Assembly: GCA_041622675.1 (NCBI GenBank)
Contig: JBFJYH010000002.1
Span: 16,566 to 80,565 of the forward strand
Length of the DNA stretch: 64,000 bases
Source: Porticoccaceae bacterium
GTDB lineage: Bacteria > Pseudomonadota > Gammaproteobacteria > Pseudomonadales > Porticoccaceae
Direction of reading: 5' to 3'
How positions within the stretch are numbered: the stretch's first letter is position 1; every line of letters begins with the position of its first letter. The notes under the pieces were generated by a model, which saw nothing but the letters and a program-made list of their open reading frames with translations, was not told where the DNA came from and searched no databases. This document shows, in pieces, positions 50,448-60,514 of this stretch. A program made the position numbers and the translations under genes.

Positions 50448-51472
50448 TGGCCGATTCAGAGACGGGCACAAAAGAAAGCACCGATAGCGAAGAGGTTCTC
50501 ACCCCAGAGGAAATCGACGCACTGTTGACCAGCGTAGAGGAGGAGGATGGCAACAGCGAGACCGGAGCAAAGAGCGGTACTATTGTCCCCGGTGTTGGCC
50601 ATGTGCGCAGCTTTGACTTTTCCCGCCAGGGTCAATCACTCAGCTCAGAACTCCCCCTTCTCAATGTTATCCATGAGCGTTTTGCACTGCAATTTTGCGA
50701 AAGCGTTTTTAATACCTTGCGCTGCTCAAACAACGTCAAGTTCGTTGGCGCGCGGGGAACGTCATTTATCGATTACTTGCACACACTGGAACTACCTACC
50801 CATATTAACTTTATCAACCTCCCCCCCATGAAGGGCATCGCCCTTGCGGTGTTTGACAACAATTTAATCATTAACGCGACGAGTAGTTTTTTCGGCGGCT
50901 CAATGCGGAAAGAAATGTTCTCTGATAAGACAGACTTCACGCCAGCAGAAATGCGCATTGGCAATATGCTGCTGCAAAGAGTGATGAGTGACTTACAGGT
51001 CAGTTGGAAAACCGATATTGAAATTCACCCCGAAGCGAAACAAACCGAAATCAATCCCGATTTTGCCCAACTGATGAACCCCTCAGAGCAACTACTGGCA
51101 AGTCGTTTTGAAATTATCTTCGAGGGCACTAAGGGTATTTTCGAACTTGCCATGCCAATGGCAATGATTGAACCCTATCGCGAACAACTATCCGTGACCT
51201 ACCAGGCAGAGAAACGTGACGACCAAGGCACCTGGGCTCCGGTGATTATCGATGAACTAAAAACCACCAACATACGACTTAGCAGCACCCTAGGCACGGC
51301 ACAGTTAACGCTAGGGGAGATACTCAAACTCGACACGGGCGACATCATCCCCATGGACGTGAGCGACACGGTCACGCTCTACGCCGAGGGCATACCCATT
51401 TTTGATGGTGAATATGGTGCCTTCAACGACAAGAATGCCATCAAGATACGCAACAAAAAGCATCGACCCTAG
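50447..51472 (+). CDS. fliM: Flagellar motor switch protein FliM
   Basis: The 341-aa product has the N-terminal CheY-P-binding-like LTPEEIDALL and a SpoA-type C-terminal domain. Confidence 0.9.
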   Translation: MADSETGTKESTDSEEVLTPEEIDALLTSVEEEDGNSETGAKSGTIVPGVGHVRSFDFSRQGQSLSSELPLLNVIHERFALQFCESVFNTLRCSNNVKFVGARGTSFIDYLHTLELPTHINFINLPPMKGIALAVFDNNLIINATSSFFGGSMRKEMFSDKTDFTPAEMRIGNMLLQRVMSDLQVSWKTDIEIHPEAKQTEINPDFAQLMNPSEQLLASRFEIIFEGTKGIFELAMPMAMIEPYREQLSVTYQAEKRDDQGTWAPVIIDELKTTNIRLSSTLGTAQLTLGEILKLDTGDIIPMDVSDTVTLYAEGIPIFDGEYGAFNDKNAIKIRNKKHRP

Positions 51473-51513
51473 GGCTTGCTAACAGCACCCCAGCCAAGCA
51501 GCGGAGACTCTCC

Positions 51514-51924
51514 ATGAGTGACGAGGAAAATAACGAACCGGGCGAGCTTAAAGCCGACCCCGAAGCAACGGCAGCTGATGACTATGCCGCCGCCCCCCTG
51601 AAAGACCTCGCCGAAAGCAGCCCTGAGGGCAGCGCTAACAATGGGCGAATCAAGGAAGATCAGGACATTAATCTCGATGTCATTCTCGACGTGCCAATTA
51701 CAATTTCTGTGGAGATAGGCCGCACTCAAGTACCGATTCGCGATTTACTGCGTTACTCCCAGGGCTCAGTGATTGAGCTGGACAGATTGGTGAGCGAGCC
51801 CCTTGACGTCCTTGTCAACAACACCCTGATTGCCCACGGTGAAGTCGTAGTAGTTGACGAGCAATTTGGCATTCGTCTCACCGATGTCATCAGTCCCAGC
51901 GAACGGGTTAAAAAGCTCAAATGA
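51514..51924 (+). CDS. fliN: Flagellar motor switch protein FliN
   Basis: It has the C-terminal SpoA domain VEIGRT...IELD...LVNN..IA.GEVVVVD..FG.R. Confidence 0.9.
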   Translation: MSDEENNEPGELKADPEATAADDYAAAPLKDLAESSPEGSANNGRIKEDQDINLDVILDVPITISVEIGRTQVPIRDLLRYSQGSVIELDRLVSEPLDVLVNNTLIAHGEVVVVDEQFGIRLTDVISPSERVKKLK

Positions 51925-52376
51925 AACATTCTTACGCCTTACTCTCGCCGCTCTTTGCTCTTAGGGGTCAGGCGGCCGAGCTAAGCACCGGCCATGCGCC
52001 ACTGACAGACACGTCAGGCTATTTTTTACAACTGGCCAGCGGTCTTGGCGTCGTACTGTTAAGTATTGCCATCCTCGCCTGGTTGCTAAAACGAGTTAAT
52101 CGCCTGCCCCATCGCGATCTCAAAAATTTGGAGCTGATTGCCTCGCTCTCGGTTGGCCAGCGCGAACGTGTAGTGATCGTGCGCGCCGGTTCTACGGAGC
52201 TGGTACTGGGTGTCGCTCCCGGCAGTATTTCTAAGTTGGGTGAAATCACCGCCACGACAATGGCAAAACACAACGATACCAAGAGCGCCGAGGGCACGGC
52301 AAAAGACAAAGACGAGCACCCCAAGGAGGCCTTTTCCACCCTTATGGCCAAAGTAGGCAAGGACATCACACCATGA
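51921..52376 (+). CDS. fliO: Flagellar biosynthesis protein FliO
   Basis: It is a single-TM protein between fliN and fliP, and its codons overlap both neighbours. Confidence 0.75.
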   Translation: MKHSYALLSPLFALRGQAAELSTGHAPLTDTSGYFLQLASGLGVVLLSIAILAWLLKRVNRLPHRDLKNLELIASLSVGQRERVVIVRAGSTELVLGVAPGSISKLGEITATTMAKHNDTKSAEGTAKDKDEHPKEAFSTLMAKVGKDITP

Positions 52377-53119
52377 AAGCCTTCACTTCTCTATTCGTGC
52401 TGGCTGTAACACTACTCGCGTCGATCCCGGCCGCTGCCGAGCAAGGCATCCCGCTAGTGACTGTCACCTCTGGGGCCACGGGTGAGCAATCCTATAGCCT
52501 GAACATTCAAATCTTGCTGCTAATGACAGCGCTGAGCCTATTGCCCGCAGCACTGATTGCAATGACCTCTTTCACCCGAATTTTGGTGGTCTTTGCGATT
52601 TTGCGTCAGGCACTGGGCACGGCACAAACACCGTCTAATCAGATCCTACTCGGCTTGACTCTGTTCACTACTTTATTTGTGATGACCCCCGTCCTGGAAA
52701 GGGCTTATAGCGAAGGTCTCGAGCCTTATATGGAAGAGAAACTGGGTTTTAACGAGGCCGCCAGCAAAGCTATCGCCCCTTTTCGCGAGTTTATGCTCAA
52801 CCAGGTGAGGGAGAGCGATCTCGCCCTATTTGTCGACATGGCGGGCGATGTAGAGGTCGATGACATAAGAGATGTGCCGCTAAAAGTCTTGCTACCCGCC
52901 TTTGTCGTCAGCGAATTAAAAACCGCTTTTCAAATTGGCTTTTTGATTTTTATCCCCTTTTTAATTATTGACCTTGTTGTCGCCAGTGTTCTGATGTCGA
53001 TGGGCATGATGATGCTGTCGCCCGTGCTTATCTCCCTACCCTTCAAAATCATGCTGTTTGTGTTGATTGATGGCTGGGCACTGATTGTTAGCACCCTCGC
53101 GGCAGGATTTTATGTCTAA
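52373..53119 (+). CDS. fliP: Flagellar type III export apparatus protein FliP
   Basis: It has a signal peptide and conserved FliP motifs (FTRILVVFAILRQALG, GFLIFIPFLIIDLVVASVLMSMGMMM). Confidence 0.93.
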   Translation: MKAFTSLFVLAVTLLASIPAAAEQGIPLVTVTSGATGEQSYSLNIQILLLMTALSLLPAALIAMTSFTRILVVFAILRQALGTAQTPSNQILLGLTLFTTLFVMTPVLERAYSEGLEPYMEEKLGFNEAASKAIAPFREFMLNQVRESDLALFVDMAGDVEVDDIRDVPLKVLLPAFVVSELKTAFQIGFLIFIPFLIIDLVVASVLMSMGMMMLSPVLISLPFKIMLFVLIDGWALIVSTLAAGFYV

Positions 53120-53190
53120 CGAGCGACCAGAGAGTGTGTAAAAAAGCCTATCGAAGAAGAAGAACCCGCCTGAATGAAAAGGAGAGCGAT

Positions 53191-53460
53191 ATGACACCTG
53201 AATCGGTTATGGATCTTGGCTACGACGCCATCCACGTCACCATGTTACTTGCTGCGCCATTGCTACTAGCCGCGCTCGCCATTGGCCTGGCCATCGGTGT
53301 CTTCCAGGCGGCGACACAAATCCAGGAAATGACCCTGAGCTTTATCCCCAAGCTTATTGCCATGGCCATCGCCGGCATGATTGCTGGACCGTGGATGCTC
53401 AATGTACTGCTCAACTTTACCCTAAATTTGTACGCCAGCATCCCGGAAATCACCGGTTAG
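53191..53460 (+). CDS. fliQ: Flagellar export apparatus protein FliQ
   Basis: The product is 89 aa from the ATG that follows GGAGAG. It has two TM helices and the QEMTLSFIPK motif. Confidence 0.9.
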   Translation: MTPESVMDLGYDAIHVTMLLAAPLLLAALAIGLAIGVFQAATQIQEMTLSFIPKLIAMAIAGMIAGPWMLNVLLNFTLNLYASIPEITG

Positions 53461-53476
53461 AGCTGCGGCAACGACA

Positions 53477-54244
53477 GTGGAGTTTTCAGTCAACGATGTT
53501 ATGCGTCTAGCCACCAGCCTAATGTGGCCCCTGCTTCGTGTCGGTAGTTTTGTGCTCGCCTCACCCATACTCGGAGCTAGATCAGTGACCGTGCGCACCC
53601 GCATCATTCTAACGCTGGCAATCGCTTGGATTTTGGCCCCCATTACCCCAGTACCAGAGATCAATCCGCTCAGTGCCACAGGCCTCTTAATCAGTCTGCA
53701 GCAAATCGCCCTAGGCTTAGGTATGGGCTTTATTTTCCATATGGCCTTCTCCACCGTAGTAATTGCCGGCCAGAGCATCGCCATGGCCATGGGCCTAGGC
53801 TTTGCCTCAGCCGTCGATCCGCAAAACGGCGTGCAAGTGCCCGTGGTGAGTCAATTTTATATGATTCTCGCCACGCTGATTTTCCTCGCCCTCGATGGCC
53901 ACCTACTGCTGATCCAGGTCATTCACCACAGCTTTGAACAGCTTCCTGTTGGCGCCCAGTGGCCCCACGACCTAGCCTGGAAAATCGTCCAGTGGGGCAG
54001 TCAAATGTTTATCAGCGGCCTGCTAATTGCCCTACCGGCACTGGCGTCACTGCTACTGGTCAACCTCGCTTTTGGTGTGATCACCCGCTCGGCACCGCAG
54101 CTGAATATTTTTGCAGTGGGTTTCCCCATAACCTTACTCGCCGGTTTTGCGCTGATATTACTCAGCCTACCGTCATTTTTACCCCTTGTCAGCGACGCTT
54201 TTGAAAGCGTTTTTAGACTCATTCCGAACCTTCTGGAGCCCTAG
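53477..54244 (+). CDS. fliR: Flagellar export apparatus protein FliR
   Basis: The polytopic 255-aa protein lies between fliQ and flhB. It uses a GTG start. Confidence 0.88.
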   Translation: MEFSVNDVMRLATSLMWPLLRVGSFVLASPILGARSVTVRTRIILTLAIAWILAPITPVPEINPLSATGLLISLQQIALGLGMGFIFHMAFSTVVIAGQSIAMAMGLGFASAVDPQNGVQVPVVSQFYMILATLIFLALDGHLLLIQVIHHSFEQLPVGAQWPHDLAWKIVQWGSQMFISGLLIALPALASLLLVNLAFGVITRSAPQLNIFAVGFPITLLAGFALILLSLPSFLPLVSDAFESVFRLIPNLLEP

Positions 54245-55414
54245 ATGGCAGAACATGAGAGCGGACAAGAACGCACCGAAGAACCAACCCCCAAGCGTCA
54301 ACAAGACGCGAAAAAAAAGGGGCAGATGGCGCGTTCGCGGGAACTCAACACTATGATATCCCTGCTAGTCGGCGCTGGGGGGCTTATCATTTTCGGCAGC
54401 ACCATGATAAGTAGACTCTCGGAGCAAATGACAAGCTATCTGAGCATGAGCCCCGCAGGTATGGACAACCCCGAGGTCTTTACGGCCACCGTTGGCGGTG
54501 CCCTCGGCAACGGTATTCTTATTTGTGTGCCTTTTTTCGTATTACTTCTGGTATCGGTTTTTGTCGGCCCTCTGACGATGGGCGGCTGGGCTTTCAGCCC
54601 CTCTTCTATGGCCTTTAAAATCGAGAAAGTTAATCCGCTGAAGGGCCTTGCAAAAATGGCGTCGGCCAAATCATTAATGGAGCTGGCCAAAGCGCTGGGC
54701 AAATTTTTCCTGGTCAGCGCGATCGCAACGGTAGTTATCTGGCAAATCTTTGATCAACTACTACTGCTCGCCAGTAAAGATATCGAAACAGCACTCAATG
54801 ATTTCGCCAGTATCGCCGGGGTTTCCTTCCTCAGCTTTTGTACGGCACTCATCGTCATTGCCGCCGTCGATGTGCCCTTCCAACTTTGGGAACACAAGCG
54901 CCAGTTAAAAATGACCAAGCAGGAAATCAAGGACGAAAGCAAAGAGAGCGAAGGCCGGCCCGAGGTGAAAAGTCAGATCCGCATGTTGCAGAGGGAAATG
55001 TCGCAACGGCGCATGATGGACAGCGTGCCCAGTGCCAATGTAGTGATCACGAACCCAACCCACTATGCAGTCGCCCTGAAATATGACGATCTCGGCCCAC
55101 GGGCCCCCGTCGTTGTCGCCAAGGGTAAGGGCGAAATTGCCCAGCGTATCCGCGAGCTGGCCGCTGAGCACGATGTCGCCACCTTTTCTGCCCCCCCCTT
55201 GGCGCGAGCCATTTATGCCAGCACCGACATTGACAGTGAAATCCCCGCTCAGCTCTACCTCGCAGTAGCCCAGGTGCTGGCCTATGTTTACCAGCTCAAA
55301 CTACCCGTGGTAGCCGGCCAGCCCAGCCCCCAACCACCGACAGACATTGCCATTCCCGACGAACTATCGGTACCTGAAGATAACCGCACGGACATCCGTG
55401 GAGAAAGTCCATGA
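54245..55414 (+). CDS. flhB: Flagellar export switch protein FlhB
   Basis: It has the N-terminal EKTEEPTPKR-like motif and the autocleavage site NPTH (ITNPTHYAVAL). Confidence 0.93.
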   Translation: MAEHESGQERTEEPTPKRQQDAKKKGQMARSRELNTMISLLVGAGGLIIFGSTMISRLSEQMTSYLSMSPAGMDNPEVFTATVGGALGNGILICVPFFVLLLVSVFVGPLTMGGWAFSPSSMAFKIEKVNPLKGLAKMASAKSLMELAKALGKFFLVSAIATVVIWQIFDQLLLLASKDIETALNDFASIAGVSFLSFCTALIVIAAVDVPFQLWEHKRQLKMTKQEIKDESKESEGRPEVKSQIRMLQREMSQRRMMDSVPSANVVITNPTHYAVALKYDDLGPRAPVVVAKGKGEIAQRIRELAAEHDVATFSAPPLARAIYASTDIDSEIPAQLYLAVAQVLAYVYQLKLPVVAGQPSPQPPTDIAIPDELSVPEDNRTDIRGESP

Positions 55415-57501
55415 ACACCGCAACCAGCAATGCTGGCACACAGCCTGCCAACCCGGCATTGAAACTAATTACCGGTCTGGGTACACCCCTCATCGTCGTC
55501 ATGATGCTAGCGATGATCATCCTGCCCTTGCCGCCAGTCATGCTGGATGTTTTTTTTACCTTCAATATTTCTTTCTCGCTGATTGTCCTACTGGCGGTTA
55601 TTTACGCCGATCGGCCGCTGGAATTCACCGTTTTCCCCACAGTACTGCTAATCGCCACACTGCTGCGATTAGCGTTGAATATTGCCTCGACACGGGTAGT
55701 GCTACTTGAGGGCCATACCGGTACCGATGCAGCGGGTAAAGTCATTCAGGCGTTTGGTGACTTTGTGGTGGGTGGCAACTACACCGTGGGATTAGTTGTA
55801 TTCGCAATTCTCGTGATCATTAACTTCGTGGTGGTGACCAAAGGTGGTGGGCGTATTTCAGAAGTGTCGGCCCGTTTTACATTGGATGCCATGCCGGGTA
55901 AACAAATGGCCATTGATGCCGACCTCAATACCGGGGCTCTGACGCAGGAACAGGCTCGGGTACGCCGCGAAGACATCGCCCGAGAGGCCGACTTCTACGG
56001 TTCAATGGACGGTGCCAGCAAGTTTGTACGCGGTGACGCGGTCGCCGGCATTCTAATCCTCGTCATCAACATCGTTGGCGGTATGGCGGTCGGCACCTTC
56101 CAACACGACCTCAGTGCCTCTCAGTCGGCCCACAACTATGTACTACTCACTATCGGTGATGGTCTCGTTGCCCAAATACCCTCGCTGTTGCTGTCGACGG
56201 CAGCAGCCATTATCGTCACCCGTGCCTCTGATGCTCAGGACATGGGCCAGCAAATGGGCTCCCAGCTGTTTCAATCCCCCAAAGCTCTGATTATTACAGC
56301 GGGAATTATGGCAAGCCTCGGCATCATACCCGGCATGCCCAATCTGGCTTTTCTCGTACTTGCAGGACTATTAGGTGGCGCCGCTTTCTTGCTAATTCAA
56401 AAAAACAAAAGTGAAGAGCAGGCCCCACCCATTGCCGAGCCCGTTGCCCCGCCCATCGAAACAAAAGAGCTCGACTGGGATGATGTCACGACCGTCGACC
56501 CGATTGGACTTGAGGTCGGTTATCGACTGATCCCCTTGGTCGATAAAAATCAAGACGGTGAGCTACTCAACCGCGTTAAAGGCGTACGCAAAAAGCTCTC
56601 ACAGGACCTGGGTTTTCTCGTACAACCCGTGCATATTCGCGACAATCTGGATCTATCGCCCAGCGCTTATCGCATTACTCTTCACGGTGTTCCCCTGGGC
56701 GAGTCAGAGATACACCCCGGCAAAGATATGGCCATTAATCCCGGGCAAGTGTTCGGTACGTTGAATGGGATTGCCACCAAAGACCCCGCCTTTGGACTGG
56801 AAGCACTGTGGATTGAGCCCAATCTGCGCGATGAAGCACAGACCATGGGTTACACCGTGGTCGATTGCTCCACAGTGATAGCAACCCACCTTAGCGAACT
56901 GCTCAAACAACACGCCCACGAATTACTCGGTCATGATGAAGTACAGCAATTACTTGACCTGCTGGCCAAATCCTCACCCAAGCTGGTGGAAAACCTGGTA
57001 CCCGGTACGCTGTCGTTAAGCGTCGTACTCAAAGTCATGCAGAACCTGCTGGAGGAAAATATTCCCATTAAAGATGTGCGTACCATCGCCGAATCATTGG
57101 CGGAAAACGCCATAAAGAGTCAAGAAGCCGACGTTTTGACGGCGCAAGCCCGTGTCGCTCTGAGCCGTACGATCTATCAACAGATCAATGGAATGGCCCC
57201 TGAGTTACAAGTTATGGCTCTCGACCCAGAGTTGGAACAGATATTGCTAAATGTATTACAAGGCTCGGCAGCGAGTGGTGGATTAGAACCAGGGTTAGCA
57301 GACAATATGCTTCAACAAATTAACAGTACAGCACAGACACAAGCAGCTCAGGGGCAGACCCCAGTGCTCTTAGTGGCCACTGCTCTACGCACCTGGTTAG
57401 CCAATTTAGTGAGACCGGCAAACCCGGGCTTGCACGTACTGTCTTACGAGGAAGTACCACCCAGCAAGCAGCTCAAGGTGATTCATTCCATCGGCCGATA
57501 A
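55411..57501 (+). CDS. flhA: Flagellar export gate protein FlhA
   Basis: The 696-aa product has conserved FHIPEP-region motifs (VGGNYTVGLVVF, RISEVSARFTLDAMPGKQMAIDADL). Confidence 0.95.
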   Translation: MNTATSNAGTQPANPALKLITGLGTPLIVVMMLAMIILPLPPVMLDVFFTFNISFSLIVLLAVIYADRPLEFTVFPTVLLIATLLRLALNIASTRVVLLEGHTGTDAAGKVIQAFGDFVVGGNYTVGLVVFAILVIINFVVVTKGGGRISEVSARFTLDAMPGKQMAIDADLNTGALTQEQARVRREDIAREADFYGSMDGASKFVRGDAVAGILILVINIVGGMAVGTFQHDLSASQSAHNYVLLTIGDGLVAQIPSLLLSTAAAIIVTRASDAQDMGQQMGSQLFQSPKALIITAGIMASLGIIPGMPNLAFLVLAGLLGGAAFLLIQKNKSEEQAPPIAEPVAPPIETKELDWDDVTTVDPIGLEVGYRLIPLVDKNQDGELLNRVKGVRKKLSQDLGFLVQPVHIRDNLDLSPSAYRITLHGVPLGESEIHPGKDMAINPGQVFGTLNGIATKDPAFGLEALWIEPNLRDEAQTMGYTVVDCSTVIATHLSELLKQHAHELLGHDEVQQLLDLLAKSSPKLVENLVPGTLSLSVVLKVMQNLLEENIPIKDVRTIAESLAENAIKSQEADVLTAQARVALSRTIYQQINGMAPELQVMALDPELEQILLNVLQGSAASGGLEPGLADNMLQQINSTAQTQAAQGQTPVLLVATALRTWLANLVRPANPGLHVLSYEEVPPSKQLKVIHSIGR

Positions 57502-57579
57502 TTCATTCATCACGCGGGTAGTAAGGCCCTGAGGCCGGTGATAGACCAGTAAGGCCGGTCAACGAAGAAGGTGGCAAAC

Positions 57580-58926
57580 ATGAAAATAAAGCGATTCACA
57601 GCAGACTCCATGCGCGAGGCCATTCGCAAGGTGAGAGACACCTGGGGCCCTGATGCGGTCATCCTCTCCAACAAAAAGTTGGGTAACGGCGTGGAAATTA
57701 CCGCGGCTATTGATTTTGAGGAAGAGGAAGTGGAGAAATTAGCCGCAGAGATGGACCAACCATCCTCAGCTACTGAAAAGCCCATTCCTCCGACACCCTC
57801 GGAGACTCTCTCGCCAGTCAATCAAACAGTGCCAACCCGGCCAGAAACTGCCACCCAACGGCAAGCGGCATCCTATGCCAGCCCGCAAGCGGGCCAGGCA
57901 TCCAGTTTGCTAACCCCCCTGCCAACCACAAACGGCTCAACGACAGCTAGTCAACGTAGTGTCGACCCAACTGTACTCTCAGACCTACGCCAAGAAATAT
58001 CTGACCTGCGCGGGCTTATAGAAGGTGAACTGACACAAATGGCGTGGCGGGAAATAGGTCAGCGCAATCCACGCAAAGCCGCACTCATGCACAAACTCAA
58101 CAGCCTTGGCCTAAAGCGTGAGCTTTGTACAAAACTGGTGTCTCAAAACACCATGCATGAAGATGACAGTAACGCCTGGAAACAAGCGCTCATTGAACTC
58201 GCCGCAATGCTCGTCGAAGGCGACCACCAGCTTCTAGAGACAGGAGGCACTTATGCGATTATTGGTTCAACAGGCGTCGGTAAAACCACAACCGTGGCCA
58301 AACTCGCGGCACAATTTGCCCTGCGCCACGGCACCGATAAAATCGGTCTAATAACCACAGACTGCTTTCGCATCGGCGGAGTCGATCAGCTCAGCACCTT
58401 CGGCAAATTGTTCGACATCCCGGTTTTTCTCGCCACCGATCGACGTGAACTGTCGGACATTCTCGATCAGCTCAGCGATAAAGACCTAATTTTGATCGAT
58501 ACCGCTGGCATGAGCCAACGTGACATGGAGCTCTCCAAACAACTGGCCACTTTAACCGGCGCCGGCCACAACATTCAGTTTTACCTGACCCTGTCCGCCA
58601 CCGCACAACAAGCAATCACCAGCGAAATTATGCGCGTCTTTAGCGATATCACTCTGGCGGGCACCGTCGTCACCAAAGTCGACGAAGCGGCAAGTCTCGG
58701 TGGCGTACTCAACGCGTTGATCACGTATCAGCTACCCACCTTTTTCATCAGCAATGGTCAAAAGGTACCCGAAGACCTGCATCTGGGGTCTGCGCTTGAA
58801 CTGGTCAAAATTGCCCGCGACTTATTACAACGCACAGGCTCTTCCCAGCCTATAATTAATCCTGAGGTGACACACCCCAGCAAACACTCCACCAACTCTC
58901 ACGAGGAGAAACGACTCCATGGCTAA
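57580..58926 (+). CDS. flhF: Flagellar placement GTPase FlhF
   Basis: It has the N-terminal MKIKRF, the SRP-type GTPase G1 motif GSTGVGKTTT, and DTAG. Confidence 0.9.
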   Translation: MKIKRFTADSMREAIRKVRDTWGPDAVILSNKKLGNGVEITAAIDFEEEEVEKLAAEMDQPSSATEKPIPPTPSETLSPVNQTVPTRPETATQRQAASYASPQAGQASSLLTPLPTTNGSTTASQRSVDPTVLSDLRQEISDLRGLIEGELTQMAWREIGQRNPRKAALMHKLNSLGLKRELCTKLVSQNTMHEDDSNAWKQALIELAAMLVEGDHQLLETGGTYAIIGSTGVGKTTTVAKLAAQFALRHGTDKIGLITTDCFRIGGVDQLSTFGKLFDIPVFLATDRRELSDILDQLSDKDLILIDTAGMSQRDMELSKQLATLTGAGHNIQFYLTLSATAQQAITSEIMRVFSDITLAGTVVTKVDEAASLGGVLNALITYQLPTFFISNGQKVPEDLHLGSALELVKIARDLLQRTGSSQPIINPEVTHPSKHSTNSHEEKRLHG

Positions 58927-59779
58927 TAATCCACCCGTCTCAGGAGCGACACAACAAAAGCCGGTGCGAGTGATTGCCATCACCAGCGGTAAAGGTGGTG
59001 TCGGCAAAACCAATATTTCAGTGAACCTTGCCGCCTCCTTTGCCAAGCTGGGCGATAATGTCTTACTGATGGATGCCGACCTTGGCCTCGCCAATGTCGA
59101 CATTCTTTTCGACCTCCACCCCAAATACGACCTACGCCACGTTATTGCGGGTGAACGGACCCTCGATGAAGTTATCGTTGACGCACCTCTAGGCCTGAAA
59201 GTCATTCCCGCATCTTCTGGTGTATCGAGTATGGCGGACCTTTCGCCGGCTGAAAATGCCGGCTTAATACGCGCCTTCAGCGAACTGACATTCCCTGTCG
59301 ACACGATGATCATCGACACTGCAGCGGGTATTTCCGACAGCGTAATTACCTTCTGCAAAGCCAGTCAGGAGGTCATTGTGGTAGTTTGTGATGAGCCAAC
59401 CTCAATTACTGATGCATACGCCCTTATTAAAGTCATGAGCCGCGACCACGGCGTGAAGCGCTTTCATATCCTCGCCAATATGGTCAATAGCAAGGCCCAT
59501 GGCGAAGAGCTGTTTCACAAGATAGCCCGTGTCACCGATCACTTTCTCGACATCATCGCAGTGCACATTGGCTCCATCCCCATGGACGATTACCTGCGTA
59601 AAGCGGTGCGCCATCAAATGCCTGTGGTAGAAGCGTTCCCCCGCAGCCCCTCCGCTCAAGCCATTACCCAACTCACTAAAACCATCGACAAATGGCCTGT
59701 TCCCGAGTTAGCGAGCGGCAATATGGCGTTCTTTATCGAACGCGTTATCGGTTATCGAAACGAGGAATGCGCTGCATGA
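58919..59779 (+). CDS. flhG: MinD/ParA-type flagellar number regulator FlhG/FleN
   Basis: It has the deviant Walker A SGKGGVGKT. It lies between flhF and fliA. Confidence 0.9.
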   Translation: MANNPPVSGATQQKPVRVIAITSGKGGVGKTNISVNLAASFAKLGDNVLLMDADLGLANVDILFDLHPKYDLRHVIAGERTLDEVIVDAPLGLKVIPASSGVSSMADLSPAENAGLIRAFSELTFPVDTMIIDTAAGISDSVITFCKASQEVIVVVCDEPTSITDAYALIKVMSRDHGVKRFHILANMVNSKAHGEELFHKIARVTDHFLDIIAVHIGSIPMDDYLRKAVRHQMPVVEAFPRSPSAQAITQLTKTIDKWPVPELASGNMAFFIERVIGYRNEECAA

Positions 59780-60498
59780 CAAAAGCGGTTTTCTACGCGG
59801 ATGAAGAATTCGGAAACAGTGAACAACTGGTCACCGACTACCTTCATTTAGTCAAGAAAATCACCTTTCATATCGCATCTCGACTACCAGCTACCATAGA
59901 TATTGATGACCTAACACAGGTTGGGTTAATCGGCCTGCTCGAGGCAGCAAAAAGCTACCGCAGCGGTCAAGGCGCGACGTTTGAAACCTTTGCGGGTATC
60001 CGTATTCGCGGCGCTATTCTCGACGAAGTACGCCGCTTTGACTGGTCACCCCGTAGTATTCAACAAAAAGCGCGCTGGCTAGCGCAGGCAACCAGAGCTG
60101 CTGAAGTTGCATTCCAACGCAGTCCCAAGGACAGTGAAATAGCTGCCCAACTGGGCATTGACATGAACGAATACCATCAGCTATTGCGCGACACAGCCAC
60201 TTGTAAAGCTACTTTTGTCGATGCCAACGAAGTCGATCTGCCCGGCGCGAACACGCCCCATGACAACGTCCACGACGCCGCTTTTCGCACGGCATTAAGT
60301 GACCACATCGCACAATTACCGGAGCGTGAAAAAACGTTGATGTCACTCTATTACGACGATGAATTAAACCTTAAAGAAATTGGTAGCGTGCTTGAAATTA
60401 GTGAATCGCGAGTCAGCCAAATCCACAGTCAAATACTGAATAAGCTGCGCTCTCGTCTGCTGAGCTGGACATCTGACATAAACGATACCAACCGCTAA
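59776..60498 (+). CDS. fliA: Flagellar sigma factor FliA (sigma28)
   Basis: It has sigma70-family regions 2 to 4 (region 4.2 LNLKEIGSVLEISESRVSQIHSQ). Its ATG overlaps the flhG stop (ATGA). Confidence 0.9.
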   Translation: MTKAVFYADEEFGNSEQLVTDYLHLVKKITFHIASRLPATIDIDDLTQVGLIGLLEAAKSYRSGQGATFETFAGIRIRGAILDEVRRFDWSPRSIQQKARWLAQATRAAEVAFQRSPKDSEIAAQLGIDMNEYHQLLRDTATCKATFVDANEVDLPGANTPHDNVHDAAFRTALSDHIAQLPEREKTLMSLYYDDELNLKEIGSVLEISESRVSQIHSQILNKLRSRLLSWTSDINDTNR

Positions 60499-60514
60499 GC
60501 CGGACACTATTTGA

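Noticed and set aside
57489-57500. Sigma28-like -10 element GCCGATAA at the 3' end of flhA, possibly a FliA promoter for flhF
   Set aside because: It coincides with the last flhA codons (IGR*). The -35 region 11 nt upstream (CAAGGTGA) matches TAAAGTTT at only 4 of 8 positions. In related systems flhF-flhG are not FliA-dependent. This is probably a chance match.
58825-59358. Long antisense ORFs inside well-supported genes: 58825-59358 opposite flhG, 9636-10052 and 10113-10481 opposite the BVMO, 11241-11687 opposite the ALDH, 26164-26622, 43631-44110 opposite prs, 46026-46475 opposite ychF, and 33531-33917
   Set aside because: Each lies wholly within a gene whose product carries clear family motifs on the other strand. 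Their translations are low-complexity (Arg/Ser/Ala/Gly-rich), as expected for antisense frames. No RBS evidence supports them.
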